In this document: piece by piece, positions 31,101 through 41,200 of the stretch
How the letters are laid out: each line of letters opens with the position of its first letter
How positions within the stretch are numbered: position 1 is the first letter of the stretch
Assembly: GCA_958296135.2 (NCBI GenBank)
Contig: CATQHZ020000001.1
Coordinates: 960,001-1,024,000 of the forward strand
DNA length: 64,000 bases
From: an uncultured Poribacteria bacterium
GTDB taxonomy: Bacteria > Poribacteria > WGA-4E > WGA-3G
Reading direction: 5' to 3'
The notes under the pieces: model-generated
What the model was told of the DNA's origin: nothing
Seen by the model: the letters and a program-made list of their open reading frames with translations, nothing else
Databases searched by the model: none
Position numbers and translations under genes: made by a program

Positions 31101-31742
31101 AACCGGTACCTGATAGCCATAGCGAGTAGTGCGAACCGAGAGTGGCCCTGGTCAGATGCAAAAGACGATGCAGAGGCGGAACGGATTTTTGCCGAGACTT
31201 ATCCTGCTATTCATCACCATCTGAACCATTATCGGGACCGGCTCCTTGCCCGCGACGACCAAGGCAAATTTTATTGGGAATTCCGTTCGTGTTCTTATTA
31301 CGCCGAATTTGAAAAGCCGAAAGTTATCTATTCGGATATCAGCCCATTTATGCGCGCTTGTTATGATACCACAAACGCGCTTTGCTTGCAGACGACTTAT
31401 GTTTTGCCAACGACAGACCTCTCGCTACTTGCGATTTTGAACAGCCGGGTCTTTGATTGGTATGCTCGGCACAAGTTTCAGAGTCTGAACGATCCGTGGG
31501 CAGGCGGCGGCTTGCGGTTCATTCGCCAATATATGGCTCATGCGCCGGTCGCGGCTCGGACAGCGGCGGAGAAGGCGGAGCTCTCTCGTCTCGTGACGCA
31601 GATTTTGGCAGACCCGGGCAGCGATAATGTTCGCGCGTTGGAGCGGGAAATTGATGCTGTCGTCTATCGGCTGTATGGGTTGTCGGCGGCGGAGGTTGCG
31701 TTGATTGAGGGGACGTATCGGGATGCGGGGATGGGGGTGTAG
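28143..31742 (+). CDS. Type IIG / Eco57I-like restriction-modification adenine methyltransferase with TaqI-C-like TRD
   Basis: NGGLF, LLGQVFENLL, TGSYYTP, DPAVGSGAF (motif I), VIGNPPY (motif IV), IKPLLRGRD, AILNS, EIDAVVYRLYGL. Confidence 0.9.
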   Translation: MSEALKKQIEGTLLTFAALPLRDAATRVLNTLGYHSERTGYPALDTEVANSLRAAAPDTLGWDTWEAFHLLFQITDEEINRQEMLFEPARLDNALMRSYIFVAVKLAGENWTRTELANITRFINTRIVQPIMVMFHYGDALTLAIINRRWDKRENPDGRGAHSRQVLEKVTLIKDINLSAPHRAHLDILAELSLDSLVQTESVHNFDTLHKAWEGILNTEALNRQFYGQLYAWYQWAVDECRFPDNAPQLQVIRLITRLLFIWFLKEKKLVPETLFEAAPAAAHLTQFSLETSDYYQAMLQNLFFATLNTPISERAFSPRNYQGHRDASKYRYADLLSNPAAFLAYLKQVPFVNGGLFDCLDTFEATRAGGARIDCFTDDANARRKLHVPAKLFFDENSGLFPLFSHYKFTVEENTPIEQEVALDPELLGQVFENLLGVYNPETQSSARKATGSYYTPRQIVDYMVDEALIAYFLQKVVPFDGDRQFLAARLRDDLLAYEAQGTADEPNTHLIHADEVEPMIAAIDALKIIDPAVGSGAFPMGILNKLVLILQKLDPQNAHWKALQLRQAATIPDPHSREAAFKGIENVFSAANRYNDYGRKLYLIQNCIYGVDIQPVACQIAKLRFFISLAIEQEPDNEAENLGIRPLPNLETRFLAANTLLGLKGEAMLTSARTQELERELVLNGERHFHAITREEKRACQKKDRALREALAAELREVGMPAEDAEKIASWDRYDTRAVADWFAPERMFGIREGFDVVIGNPPYVRHEKIRALKPALKTQFDSFFASTADISVYFYKRGAELLRDGGILTYICTNKFMRSGYGKNLRQFLTSEMSLRMLLDFGGVAVFEAAVDTCIALAEKGAPASEHSFRAASLRQSSEDFDVREAFETQSFLMQASQLTEEGWALTSPETFALIGKLQSAGTPLGEYTDNGLYRGLITGCNNAFIIDESARAALVAEDVKNTELIKPLLRGRDLRRWKSTETNRYLIAIASSANREWPWSDAKDDAEAERIFAETYPAIHHHLNHYRDRLLARDDQGKFYWEFRSCSYYAEFEKPKVIYSDISPFMRACYDTTNALCLQTTYVLPTTDLSLLAILNSRVFDWYARHKFQSLNDPWAGGGLRFIRQYMAHAPVAARTAAEKAELSRLVTQILADPGSDNVRALEREIDAVVYRLYGLSAAEVALIEGTYRDAGMGV

Positions 31743-31850
31743 TGGGGTTGGAGCGAAAATCGAGACGCGGGAGGGCGCGCCGACGCATGCTATAATCTTG
31801 TCTATCCTGATTCAGACAAAGGCAGGTAACCTTGCAATGCTTTTTTGCAA

Positions 31851-31985
31851 AATTTTCTTGACATCTGTCTGTGGAATAGATTATCATAAAAATGAGGGGG
31901 AATCATCTGCTATCGCCGAATTTCTGATTTCCCTGATTTTGAGGCATCGCACTGCTGAATGCGACGCTGTTTTGAAAGGAGGTGA
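31851..31985 (+). promoter_or_regulatory. Promoter plus leader cassette, copy 1
   Basis: TTGACA-18-TATCAT, conserved leader with TCGCA/TGCGA hairpin, SD AAAGGAGGTGA; repeated at 33257-33387. Confidence 0.7.
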
Positions 31986-31990
31986 AAAGA

Positions 31991-33178
31991 ATGAAGAAGG
32001 TTTTTATTTCCTATGTTCGTGAGAACATGGACATAGTTGATCGGTTCTGCGAGGAACTTAAATCACGCGGTATTGAAGTTTGGCTGGACCGGGATGCTAT
32101 TGATCCGGGTGCCCGATGGAAGCCAGAAATTCGGCGGGCTATTCATCAGGGGACTTTCTTCATCGCGTGTTTCTCAAAGGAATATAGTAGTCGTGGACAG
32201 ACGTACATGAACGAAGAACTCATAATTGCAATTGAAGTCTTGCGTCAATTCCACGCGAATCGAATCTGGTTCCTTCCTGTCAAGTTGAACGAATGCGAAA
32301 TTCCTGATACTGACATTGGGCGTAACGAAACCCTACGGGATCTGCAGTCTGTTGCCCTTTACGAAGACTGGAACCGTGGTATTCAACGTATCCTTGATGT
32401 GATTCAACGCGAGTCTCCTTCTGTGTCAGAAGTTTCGCTCCCTTTTGTTGAGGAGCTTCAGGATCAGGCGGATCTGACATCCGATAACTCTGAAAATGAA
32501 CGCCAAGCGGAATCAGTGTTCCAACAAGGTAATCATTGGATGATGTCAAGTCAACTAGATATGGCAATAGAAGCCTACTCGAATGCTATTGCTGTTAATC
32601 CGCGCCATGCTCGGGCTTATCACTATCTGGCATTTGCTTATGAACGCAAAGGCGAGTTTGACGAGGCCATCGCGAACTATAGCGTCGTCATAAACCTTGA
32701 ACAGGAATTTTTAGCAGATGCCTATAACAATCGCGGCAATGTTCATTTTAAGAAAAATGAAGTTGACACTGCCATCTCGGGCTTCAGTGAGGCGATAAAA
32801 CTGAAGGAAGATCATGCCGCAGCTTATTGCAATCGCGGCGGTGCTTACTTCAAAAGAGGCGAGTTCAGTAGGGCTAAGGCGGACTGTAACAAAGCGATAG
32901 ATCTGGACTTGGATTTCGCGGGTGCCTATTATCTTCGGGGTATTATTTACGTACGAGAAAATCGTCATAATCACGCCTTCAATGATTTTGATAAGGCGGT
33001 TTCCCTGAAACCCGATTTCGCCGAGGCCTATTACAATCGAGGAGTTTCCTACATTAGGAGACATGAGTTTGACCGCGCCTTTAACGATTTTGATAGGGCA
33101 ATAGAACTGAAACCCGATTTTGCTGAGGCAATCAAGGCTCGGGATCTTGTTCATCAACGACTACAGGAACAGACATAG
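31991..33178 (+). CDS. TIR domain plus tetratricopeptide-repeat protein
   Basis: KVFISY..E, VWLDR..I.PG..W, FIACFSKEY, YMNEEL (putative catalytic Glu); ~6 TPRs (AYNNRG, AEAYYNRG). Confidence 0.92.
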   Translation: MKKVFISYVRENMDIVDRFCEELKSRGIEVWLDRDAIDPGARWKPEIRRAIHQGTFFIACFSKEYSSRGQTYMNEELIIAIEVLRQFHANRIWFLPVKLNECEIPDTDIGRNETLRDLQSVALYEDWNRGIQRILDVIQRESPSVSEVSLPFVEELQDQADLTSDNSENERQAESVFQQGNHWMMSSQLDMAIEAYSNAIAVNPRHARAYHYLAFAYERKGEFDEAIANYSVVINLEQEFLADAYNNRGNVHFKKNEVDTAISGFSEAIKLKEDHAAAYCNRGGAYFKRGEFSRAKADCNKAIDLDLDFAGAYYLRGIIYVRENRHNHAFNDFDKAVSLKPDFAEAYYNRGVSYIRRHEFDRAFNDFDRAIELKPDFAEAIKARDLVHQRLQEQT

Positions 33179-33256
33179 CCCTAGTCTCATGCCCAAAGTG
33201 GTTACTTCCAACCGCGCCTCCCTCATCAAACCCGCGGGGTGGTTAGGTTTTGACAG

Positions 33257-33387
33257 AATTTTCTTGACATGCATTTGCCGAATAGGTTATCATTAGAATG
33301 AAGGGGTATCTGCTGTCGCTGGACGCTGATTTCCCTGATTTTGAGGCATCGCACCGCTGAATGCGACTTTGTTTTTAAAGGAGGTGA
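33257..33387 (+). promoter_or_regulatory. Promoter plus leader cassette, copy 2
   Basis: Homologous to 31851-31985. Confidence 0.7.
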
Positions 33388-33392
33388 GAGTC

Positions 33393-34355
33393 ATGATGAA
33401 CGTTCCGGCACAAGTAGAATGCGCGAACCGTGTCTATTCAGAAGCAATAGATTTAGTGAGTGCTAACAACTTTCTTGGTTGGCGACAACTTTCCAAGCGA
33501 GTTTGGTTAAATGCCCGCGAATCTTTAGTTCAATTGGGGCAAAACGAATTATTACCTGGGCCGCGATTGGGAAATACGGAAGATTTCGTAGACAAGGCGG
33601 TTGAGAGTATTTCGCCGCTCATTTCGCTAGCACTCGCGGGGGTTGAATCCGGCATTGAACAACTTAGAGATCAGAAATCTGTCTTTCTGGATCTGCTAAG
33701 CGTTTCCGACCCGGATCTTAACCCGTTCCTTACTTGGGAACGGCTCCGCCATACTCTTGGGTACGTAGACCACAGTTTGCATGGTGCTCTCTGCCTTGAT
33801 ATGGGACAAATCGATCTTGCGCTGGATCTGGCGCGAGTTAAAGTTGACTTGTATCGCGCGGAGGATTTCCGAGAGGTGTGGGAAGAAATTCCGCTTGTTG
33901 GTTGGTCTCAACTCATTGGGGAGAATGATTGTACGGAAGGATGGAAGTACATTGCCTCTGCCTATGAGAGATGGGACTGGTTGTCTCCCATATTCGCGGA
34001 CGACTTGAAGTACCGGACTTCATTGGTTGCGTATTATATGGCGTTGCACATCCATGAATTAGCGAAAGCCATCGTTTTACGCAGGCAAGGAGAGTCAAGG
34101 ACAAATTTTGCTAGTAATCTTTTTGTGCCGTTGACTTTTGTTTCCGAAGGGCGCGACATAAATGAGCGGGCTATGTCGTTACTGCACTGTCATCCTGAAG
34201 CGGTTACGACGTTGTGGTCTAGTTTAAACGTCACACGCGCAGATATGGAGGACTCCTGGGACAATTGGCTTGGCGAATGTCAGGTCTGGTTAAACAGTGT
34301 CTATAAATCTTCTTGTCAGGAAGTGCATCATAAGCATTTCTTTGAGAATTTTTGA
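33393..34355 (+). CDS. Hypothetical protein (AT-rich, Trp-rich, helical)
   Basis: 320-codon ORF with strong SD and its own promoter; no recognised motif. Confidence 0.75.
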   Translation: MMNVPAQVECANRVYSEAIDLVSANNFLGWRQLSKRVWLNARESLVQLGQNELLPGPRLGNTEDFVDKAVESISPLISLALAGVESGIEQLRDQKSVFLDLLSVSDPDLNPFLTWERLRHTLGYVDHSLHGALCLDMGQIDLALDLARVKVDLYRAEDFREVWEEIPLVGWSQLIGENDCTEGWKYIASAYERWDWLSPIFADDLKYRTSLVAYYMALHIHELAKAIVLRRQGESRTNFASNLFVPLTFVSEGRDINERAMSLLHCHPEAVTTLWSSLNVTRADMEDSWDNWLGECQVWLNSVYKSSCQEVHHKHFFENF

Positions 34356-34404
34356 CATTACCACCGCTACCGCTTCTTGCCATCCTATGAACGACATTGA
34401 GATG

Positions 34405-34635
34405 CGGGAGGGCGCACCTAGCGAAAATCGAGACCAGGAGGTCTCTCCTACCGGGGAGGCATCGGGGCCACAGAAAACGTCCGCGACCGTTAGGTTGCGG
34501 ACGTTTTTTCGTGCAGGAGCGATCGCGGGGGACAGGCCCCCGCGCTACGGAAAAAGTGGCGGTTTTGGTAAGGTGCCCGGCATTGATGTTTTTTCGTTGC
34601 GGTTGAGCACTCGCGGGGGACAGGATCTCGCGATG
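34405..34635. repeat. REP cluster
   Basis: atcgagaccaggaggtctctcctacc and tcgcgggggacaggcccccgcgctacgg. Confidence 0.75.
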
Positions 34636-34755
34636 TGGAGGAAGTGGCGGTTTTCGTGGGGGAAAACTGAATCGCGCTGTAAAAAATCCTCCTTGATATT
34701 TCCCTGCAATTAAGTTAAAATAAAAATAATAAAAACCCTGAAGCAATGCAGCGAC

Positions 34756-36138
34756 ATGATGAATGACATTTTAACACACTCCATAGCCGAACTCACGCGC
34801 GGCGACATCTCGCCGACGGAACTGATTCAGGCGACGTTCGCACAGATAGAACGCTGTGAACCGCAACTTAACGCTTTTATCTCGCTGTTTCACGAGGAAA
34901 GCCTGCAACGCGCGAAGGAAATAGAGGCTGAGATACGCCGCGGTGAAAGCCCCGGGCCGCTCAGCGGGATTCCTATTGCGATTAAGGATATCATCTACCT
35001 CGTCGGGACTGAAACGACATGCGGCGCGAAAAATTCGGTACGCACGGTTTCTAACCGCGTAATAGACGCAACCGCCATCACACGCCTGAAAGCCGCCGGC
35101 GCGATTATCATCGGGAAGACGAACTTGCATGAGCATGCGTTCGGCGTGACGACAGAGAATCCGCACTTCGGTGCGACGCGCAATCCGTGGGACACAGCGC
35201 ATGTTCCAGGGGGTTCAAGCGGCGGCTCGGGAGCTGCTGTGGCCGCGCGGCTCTGTACAGGTGCGCTCGGCACGGATACCGGCGGCTCGGTGCGCATCCC
35301 CGCGTCGCTCTGTGGCATCGTCGGTTTGAAACCGACGTATGGTAGGATTGGTGTCCAAGGCGTGGTAGAGCTCGCGCAGTCGCTGGATTGCGTCGGGCCG
35401 ATGTGCCGCACGGCGCACGATGTTGCAATTCTGATGAACGTCCTCGCGGGCGACTTGCCGCCTGTCTCGGATTACACCGCCGACCTGGGGAAGCCCATCG
35501 ATGGGATAAAGGTAGGGTTGCACAAAGCACACTTTTTTGAGAATCTGGACGCGGAAGTGGCGGCGGCGGTTGAGACTGCGATACAGGTGTTGGAAGAGTT
35601 AGGCGTTGAAATAGTTGAGTTGTCCCTGCCCTCGGTGCCTGATGCGCATCATGCCGCGCTCACGATTTTGATGGCGGAGGCAGCCCATTTCCATCGTGAA
35701 CGGCTCCTCGCGCACCGAGAAGATTACGGCACGGATGTCCGTGAACTCCTTGAGGCTGGACTTGAACTTTCGGCATTGGACTATGTCACCGCGGTCCGCG
35801 CGCGGGATGCGGCACGCCGTGATTTTGTGGAAGTGTTTTGGAAAGTTGACGTGCTTTTAACTCCGGCTACGCCTATCCCCGCGCCGCTGATTTCGGTAGA
35901 TACGGATTCTTCTGTCGGGCCATCAAATGCGCTTCGTCCGCGGCTAACGCAGGAGACTCGGATTTTCAATCTGCTGGGTTTGCCGGCGATTTCGGTGCCG
36001 TGTGGGTTTACTGAAGCGGGGCTCCCGGTAGGGATGCAGCTGGCTGGAAAGTTGTGGGATGAGAAACGGCTTATTCACATTGCGGATGCTTATCAAGCTG
36101 CAACTGGGTGGCATACGCGGTATCCGGATGGTTTATAG
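34756..36138 (+). CDS. Amidase signature family protein (GatA-like)
   Basis: IAIKD, GKTNLHE, PGGSSGGS, GTDTGGSVRIPA. Confidence 0.93.
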   Translation: MMNDILTHSIAELTRGDISPTELIQATFAQIERCEPQLNAFISLFHEESLQRAKEIEAEIRRGESPGPLSGIPIAIKDIIYLVGTETTCGAKNSVRTVSNRVIDATAITRLKAAGAIIIGKTNLHEHAFGVTTENPHFGATRNPWDTAHVPGGSSGGSGAAVAARLCTGALGTDTGGSVRIPASLCGIVGLKPTYGRIGVQGVVELAQSLDCVGPMCRTAHDVAILMNVLAGDLPPVSDYTADLGKPIDGIKVGLHKAHFFENLDAEVAAAVETAIQVLEELGVEIVELSLPSVPDAHHAALTILMAEAAHFHRERLLAHREDYGTDVRELLEAGLELSALDYVTAVRARDAARRDFVEVFWKVDVLLTPATPIPAPLISVDTDSSVGPSNALRPRLTQETRIFNLLGLPAISVPCGFTEAGLPVGMQLAGKLWDEKRLIHIADAYQAATGWHTRYPDGL

Positions 36139-36154
36139 GGGGCCGGGGGTTGTC

Positions 36155-36630
36155 GCCGCGCGCGAGAGATCGCGAGGGACAGGTCTTCGCGCTACGGTGA
36201 AAGGGGCCGTTCTGGGGGATCGGGGCTTCGCGAGGGACAGGCCCTCGCGCTACGGTATGCAGGGGCGTTTTTGTTTGGGTCTAAGGATTGCGAGGGGCCG
36301 GTCTTCGCGCTGCGGTTAAAGGGGGTTCTCTTGTTGTGAACGATCGCGAGGGACAGGTCTTCGCGCTGCGGTGAAAGGGGCCGTTCTGGGGGATCGGGGC
36401 TTCGCGAGGGACAGTGGACATCTCTGCAGCGAGGCGGCAAAGATGACAAAGTTTCGGCGTAACGGCCCTCGCGCTGCGGTGAAAGGGGCCGTTCTGGGGG
36501 ATCGGGGCTTCGCGAGGGACAGTGGACATCTCTGCAGCGAGGCGGCAGAGATGACAAAGTTTCGGCGTAACGGCCCTCGCGCTACGGTGAGACGAACGAT
36601 GTCGGGGCTTCGTGAGGGGCAGGTCCGCGC
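36155..36630. repeat. REP array with filled (36414-36463, 36522-36571) and empty (about 36228-36255) sites
   Basis: Unit gaaaggggccgttctgggggatcggggcttcgcgagggaca[insert]ggccctcgcgct occurs with and without the insert. Confidence 0.88.
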
Positions 36631-36670
36631 GCGATGGGACGCATAACGGTTATGATGAAGGGAGGAGATA

Positions 36671-37513
36671 ATGATGAGACTTGAAGGAAAAGTTGCAGTT
36701 GTCGCCGGGGCGGCATGGGGCGGCATTGGCGCGGCCACCGCCTACCGGTTCGCACGCGAAGGCGCAAAGGTGGTTGTTAATACCCGCCGCCGAGAAGGAA
36801 AATTGGCTGAAACGGTTGAACGGATTCAGGATGCAGGCGGTGAAGCTGTCGCTGTGATGGGCGATGTCGCGGACGAAACGACGTGGCAGAATCTCGTCAA
36901 AACGGCATTGACGAACTACGGCGCGCTCACGACGCTTGTCCATAACGCTGCGCATTCCTACACGAAAAAAGCGATTGAGTTTACGCTAGCGGAGTGGAAT
37001 GAAAGCCTCGGTGTGACGCTCGGCGGTCCCTGGCTCGGCGCAAAGTATTGTATCCCGGAGATGATTCGCAACGGGGGCGGGAGTCTCGTGTTTATCTCTA
37101 CCGTCAATGCCACGATTACGAACCCCGGCTTTGGGCTTTATGGCGCGGGGAAAGGTGGCCTGAACGCCTTGACGCGCAGCATCGCGCTCGATTACGGCAG
37201 GGCGGGGATTCGCGCGAACGCCATCGCACCTGGGCAGATTGTCGGTGAACGCGGGGAACTCTCCCTCGCTGAGGACGCGCTGGAGGAACAAGCCTCGCGC
37301 GACTGTTACCCGATCGGACGTTATGGCAAGCCGGAGGATATTGCCAATGCCGCGCTCTTCTTGGCATCCGATGAAGCAGATTTCGTGACAGGCATTGTCT
37401 TGACAGCGGATGGCGGCTTGACGCTGCAATCGCCGGAGGCACTGGTGCGTCCCTCTTTTCGGCGCCGCTGGCGCGATGATATTCTGGTGCCGCAACCGAA
37501 AGCGGATACCTAA
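36671..37513 (+). CDS. SDR family oxidoreductase
   Basis: KVAVVAGA.GGIG, HNAA, YGAGK, IRANAIAPG, VTG..L.ADGG. Confidence 0.93.
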   Translation: MMRLEGKVAVVAGAAWGGIGAATAYRFAREGAKVVVNTRRREGKLAETVERIQDAGGEAVAVMGDVADETTWQNLVKTALTNYGALTTLVHNAAHSYTKKAIEFTLAEWNESLGVTLGGPWLGAKYCIPEMIRNGGGSLVFISTVNATITNPGFGLYGAGKGGLNALTRSIALDYGRAGIRANAIAPGQIVGERGELSLAEDALEEQASRDCYPIGRYGKPEDIANAALFLASDEADFVTGIVLTADGGLTLQSPEALVRPSFRRRWRDDILVPQPKADT

Positions 37514-37533
37514 TTCCCGAAGGAGGCGACACT

Positions 37534-38220
37534 ATGTGTGGAAGATTTACCTTGGCAAGCGAAACCGAGGCAGTAGCACAAACTTTCTTTGACGTTGAGA
37601 TACCGATGCGGCTCGCGCCGCGCTATAACATCTCGCCGACGCAGGATGTGGCTGTCATCGCCAACACGTCAAGCGATGAACTGCCTGCAAAAATCGAATT
37701 CTTTCACTGGGGGCTTATCCCTTCTTGGGCGAAGGACCCGAAAATCGGGAACCGGATGATTAACGCGCGCTCAGAGACATTAGCAGAGAAACCCTCCTTC
37801 CGTGCTGCCTATAAACGGCGACGGTGCCTGATTGTGGCGGATGGCTACTACGAGTGGCAAAAGGTGCCCGGTGAACGGTTGAAGCAGCCTATCTACATTC
37901 GACTTCAATCCGAAAAGCCGTTCGCGTTGGCGGGGTTATGGGAGGTGTGGCAGACAGATGAGATGGAGGAGCCGGTTCGTTCCTGCACCATCATCACGTG
38001 CGCGCCGAACGCGTTGTTGAAGCAGGTTCACCATCGAATGCCGGTGATTTTACCGGCGGATGCCTATGCGCAGTGGCTCTCATCGGAGGAGCAGCCGGCG
38101 GAGGCGTTGCAGCCGCTGCTCGCTCCCTATCCGAGTGAGGAGATGGAGGCGTATCCGGTGTCGCGGTTTGTCAATCGTCCGATGAACGATTCGCCTGAGT
38201 GCATCGTGCCTTATGTGTAG
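37534..38220 (+). CDS. SOS response-associated peptidase (SRAP/YedK, abasic-site crosslinking)
   Basis: MCGRF N-terminus, RYNISPTQ, INARSET, GYYEW, HHRMPVIL. Confidence 0.95.
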   Translation: MCGRFTLASETEAVAQTFFDVEIPMRLAPRYNISPTQDVAVIANTSSDELPAKIEFFHWGLIPSWAKDPKIGNRMINARSETLAEKPSFRAAYKRRRCLIVADGYYEWQKVPGERLKQPIYIRLQSEKPFALAGLWEVWQTDEMEEPVRSCTIITCAPNALLKQVHHRMPVILPADAYAQWLSSEEQPAEALQPLLAPYPSEEMEAYPVSRFVNRPMNDSPECIVPYV

Positions 38221-38279
38221 CGGTAGGCGCGCTTTGAAAGCGCGCCTCCGGCAGGTTCCTCCCTTCGGGAGATACAAGA

Positions 38280-41200
38280 ATGTCAGTCAACTTCGCCATC
38301 TCACAGATACTCATCAGTGGCCTCCTCGGCGTGCTTACGTTCGTCTGGGGCATTCTCCGGTATCGCCGGAAAGCCCGGCACCGCCGCGGTGCCGCAAAAC
38401 TGCAGGCCTACCTACTGTGGTGCCTCAGCGGCCTCATCGCTGTCAGCAGCTTCGTGCCGCTCGCCTATTTGTATACAGAGCATCTCTGGTTTGAGAGCGT
38501 TGGGTATACCGATGTTTTCTGGCGACTCTACAAGACGCGCTGGGGCATCTTCGGCATTTTCTTCCTCGTGGCACTCGTTTTTATGAACGTGAACGCCGCT
38601 ATCGCGAATCGGCTCTGTCCGGAATCGCGCGAATTTCGGCGATGGACGCACACCCGCACTGTATCCTTCCACTGGACGGTTTTCAGCCTCATCTTTTTCG
38701 CCGCGGTGCTGCTCGCCGTGCCGATGTTGCTGTTAGACGATGCGGCTATCCGCTACCTGCATCGGCCTCTGTCTGCTGTGGGTGACGATGCAGCGCGCCT
38801 CCAAAGCACGCCGCCCGGGGCAGACGATGTGTTCGGGAAACCGCTCAATTTCTATCTCTTCAACTTCCCGGTTCACCGCTGGGTAAGCCTCTGGGTAAAA
38901 ATTCTGCTGTGGGTAACGTGTGCCATCGTAGGGTTGCTATACAATTTCTACTATCGGCGCGATGCACGCACGATGACGCGCGTCAAGAAATATATCGTCG
39001 TCCACGGCTCCGTTTTATGGCTCATGTTACTAGCAACCGGGGTGTGGCGCAGTTTTGTGAATCTGTGGAGCAAGGTTTACTCGACTCCCCTCTCGGAGGG
39101 CCTTACGCGAGTTCACGGGCTTTTCTACGTGGATGTCCAGTTTGAAGGCGCGACTCAGCTCTATTGCGGTGTCCTCTTCGGTGTCGGCATCGCGGTGCTG
39201 CTGAACCTATTTTGGCGGAACCGGCTCTTGTGGTATGCCGCCATTGGGATGTGGTTTTTCGGTTATGTTACGCTGATTCACGTTTATCCACTCGCCGTGT
39301 ATTGGTGGGATGTCAGGCCGAATCCTCCCGCGAAGGAGGCACCTCACATTGCGCTGCATATTGAAAACACGCGCGACGCGTTCGATCTGGATAGCATTGT
39401 GGAAAAGGATTATGAGAAAGGCGAGGCGACCCTGGAGATAATCAATCGCAACGAGGAGGTCAAAGCGAATATCCAACTCTGGGACCGCCGTGTCCTCTAT
39501 AACGTTTTGCGCGATGACCAGATTGAAGTGCATCACGATTTTCATCCGTATACCGATGTTGATAGGTATCGGGTGGGCGGTAGGCGCGCGATGCCCGATA
39601 CCCCCGAGTCCGTAGCGCGAGGGAAACCTGTCCCTCACGAGTTGCCGGCACAGTACCGACAGGTGCTCATCGCCGCGCGAGAACCCAGCCCGGATACAAA
39701 AGAATGGTCGAAGTTGAAACTGACGTTTACGCACGGCTATGGTGTGTGCGTTGCGCCTGTGAACGAATTTCTGGGAGGTAGCGGTTTGCCGGATTTGTGG
39801 GTGAAGGATGTGCCGCTGAAGATAAGGCGTGCGTATAAAGCGGAGTTGAACGTGTCGCAACCGCGCATTTATTATGGGGAGATGACGCACGATTATGTCA
39901 TCGTTAACACTAAGGAGAGTGAGCATAACATTACCCGGAAGGTTGACTTGGGTACCGGCGATTCGCCACAAAACCAGCTGCTAGATACCGAAGAATGGCA
40001 CACGCCGCCTTATCTGGAGGCCGCGTATCACTATGATGGCAGTGGGGGTGTTGCGTTAAGTGGGTGGTTTCGGCGGCTCTGTTTTGCGATTCGGTTTGAC
40101 TTTTTTCGTATCCTGCGCCAGCCGGCGATTACCCCGGAGAGTCGTCTGATGTTCTGGCGCAAGATTGGCACACGGCGGGGCAACCGGGTTGTCACCGATC
40201 GGATTTCGCATATCGCGCCGTTCCTTAACTACGATGCAGACCCGTATGTTGTCATTAACGAGGGCAATTTATATTGGATTGTCGATTTCTATGTTACCAG
40301 TCGGCATTACCCGAACGCGCAATTCTATGAAGACGATACTTCGCTGCTCCCGGATAGCGAGTTGTATGCGGAGCCGCGGTTCAAGAAATTCAATTACATC
40401 AGAAATGCGGGGGTGGCGGTTGTTAACGCCTACACTGGCGCGGTGAGTTTTTATGCGATTAAGGACGATGAGTTGATTACGGATGCCTATCGGCGCGCGT
40501 TTCCGAATCTGTTTAGAGGGGTAGACGAGATGCCGGTCGGATTGCGAGCGCATCTCCGCTTTCCCGATTACCTCACCCGCATCCAAGCGAAGATGTATGG
40601 TGACTACCATGTCCGGGATGCGAAAACCTTTTACGACAAGGATAAGCAGTGGAAGATTCCGAAAGAGGCGTATTATTCTGAAACGCCGGACCAGGAGATG
40701 ATGCCCTACTACGCGATGCTCAAGTTACCGGGTGAGGCGCGCGCGGAGTTTGTCAACGTTATTCCGTTTACGCCGCCGAGGAAAGTGAACTATATGAAGG
40801 CGTGGATGGTTGCGCGCTGCGATGCGCCGCACTATGGACAACGTATCGTCTATATCCTATCTGACCAGGTGAGTGTTGAGGGCCCGAAGCAGGTGGAGGA
40901 CGATATTAATAAGCATTTATCTGGCAGTTTTCGGGATTGGAAGGAGGCGAACGACGTTATCCGGGGCAATCTGCATGTTATCCCGATTGAGGATGGCGTT
41001 TTTTACGTTGAGCCGATTTACCTTGTCCCGAAAAAAGATGCGACATCTCAGGAGGATAACGGCGCGGACCCGGTCCAGAAGCGGCCGAAGTTAGCGGCGG
41101 TAGTCGTCAAAGCGGGGGACAACGAGTTGGCTTGGGATACGTCGTTTGATGGCGCGATCCAGAAGATATTTTTAGGGCGCGAGGTGTCGCCTCCTATTGC

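Noticed and set aside
34756-36138. Assigning the amidase as gatA
   Set aside because: No gatC/gatB neighbours and the sequence fits generic amidase-signature enzymes
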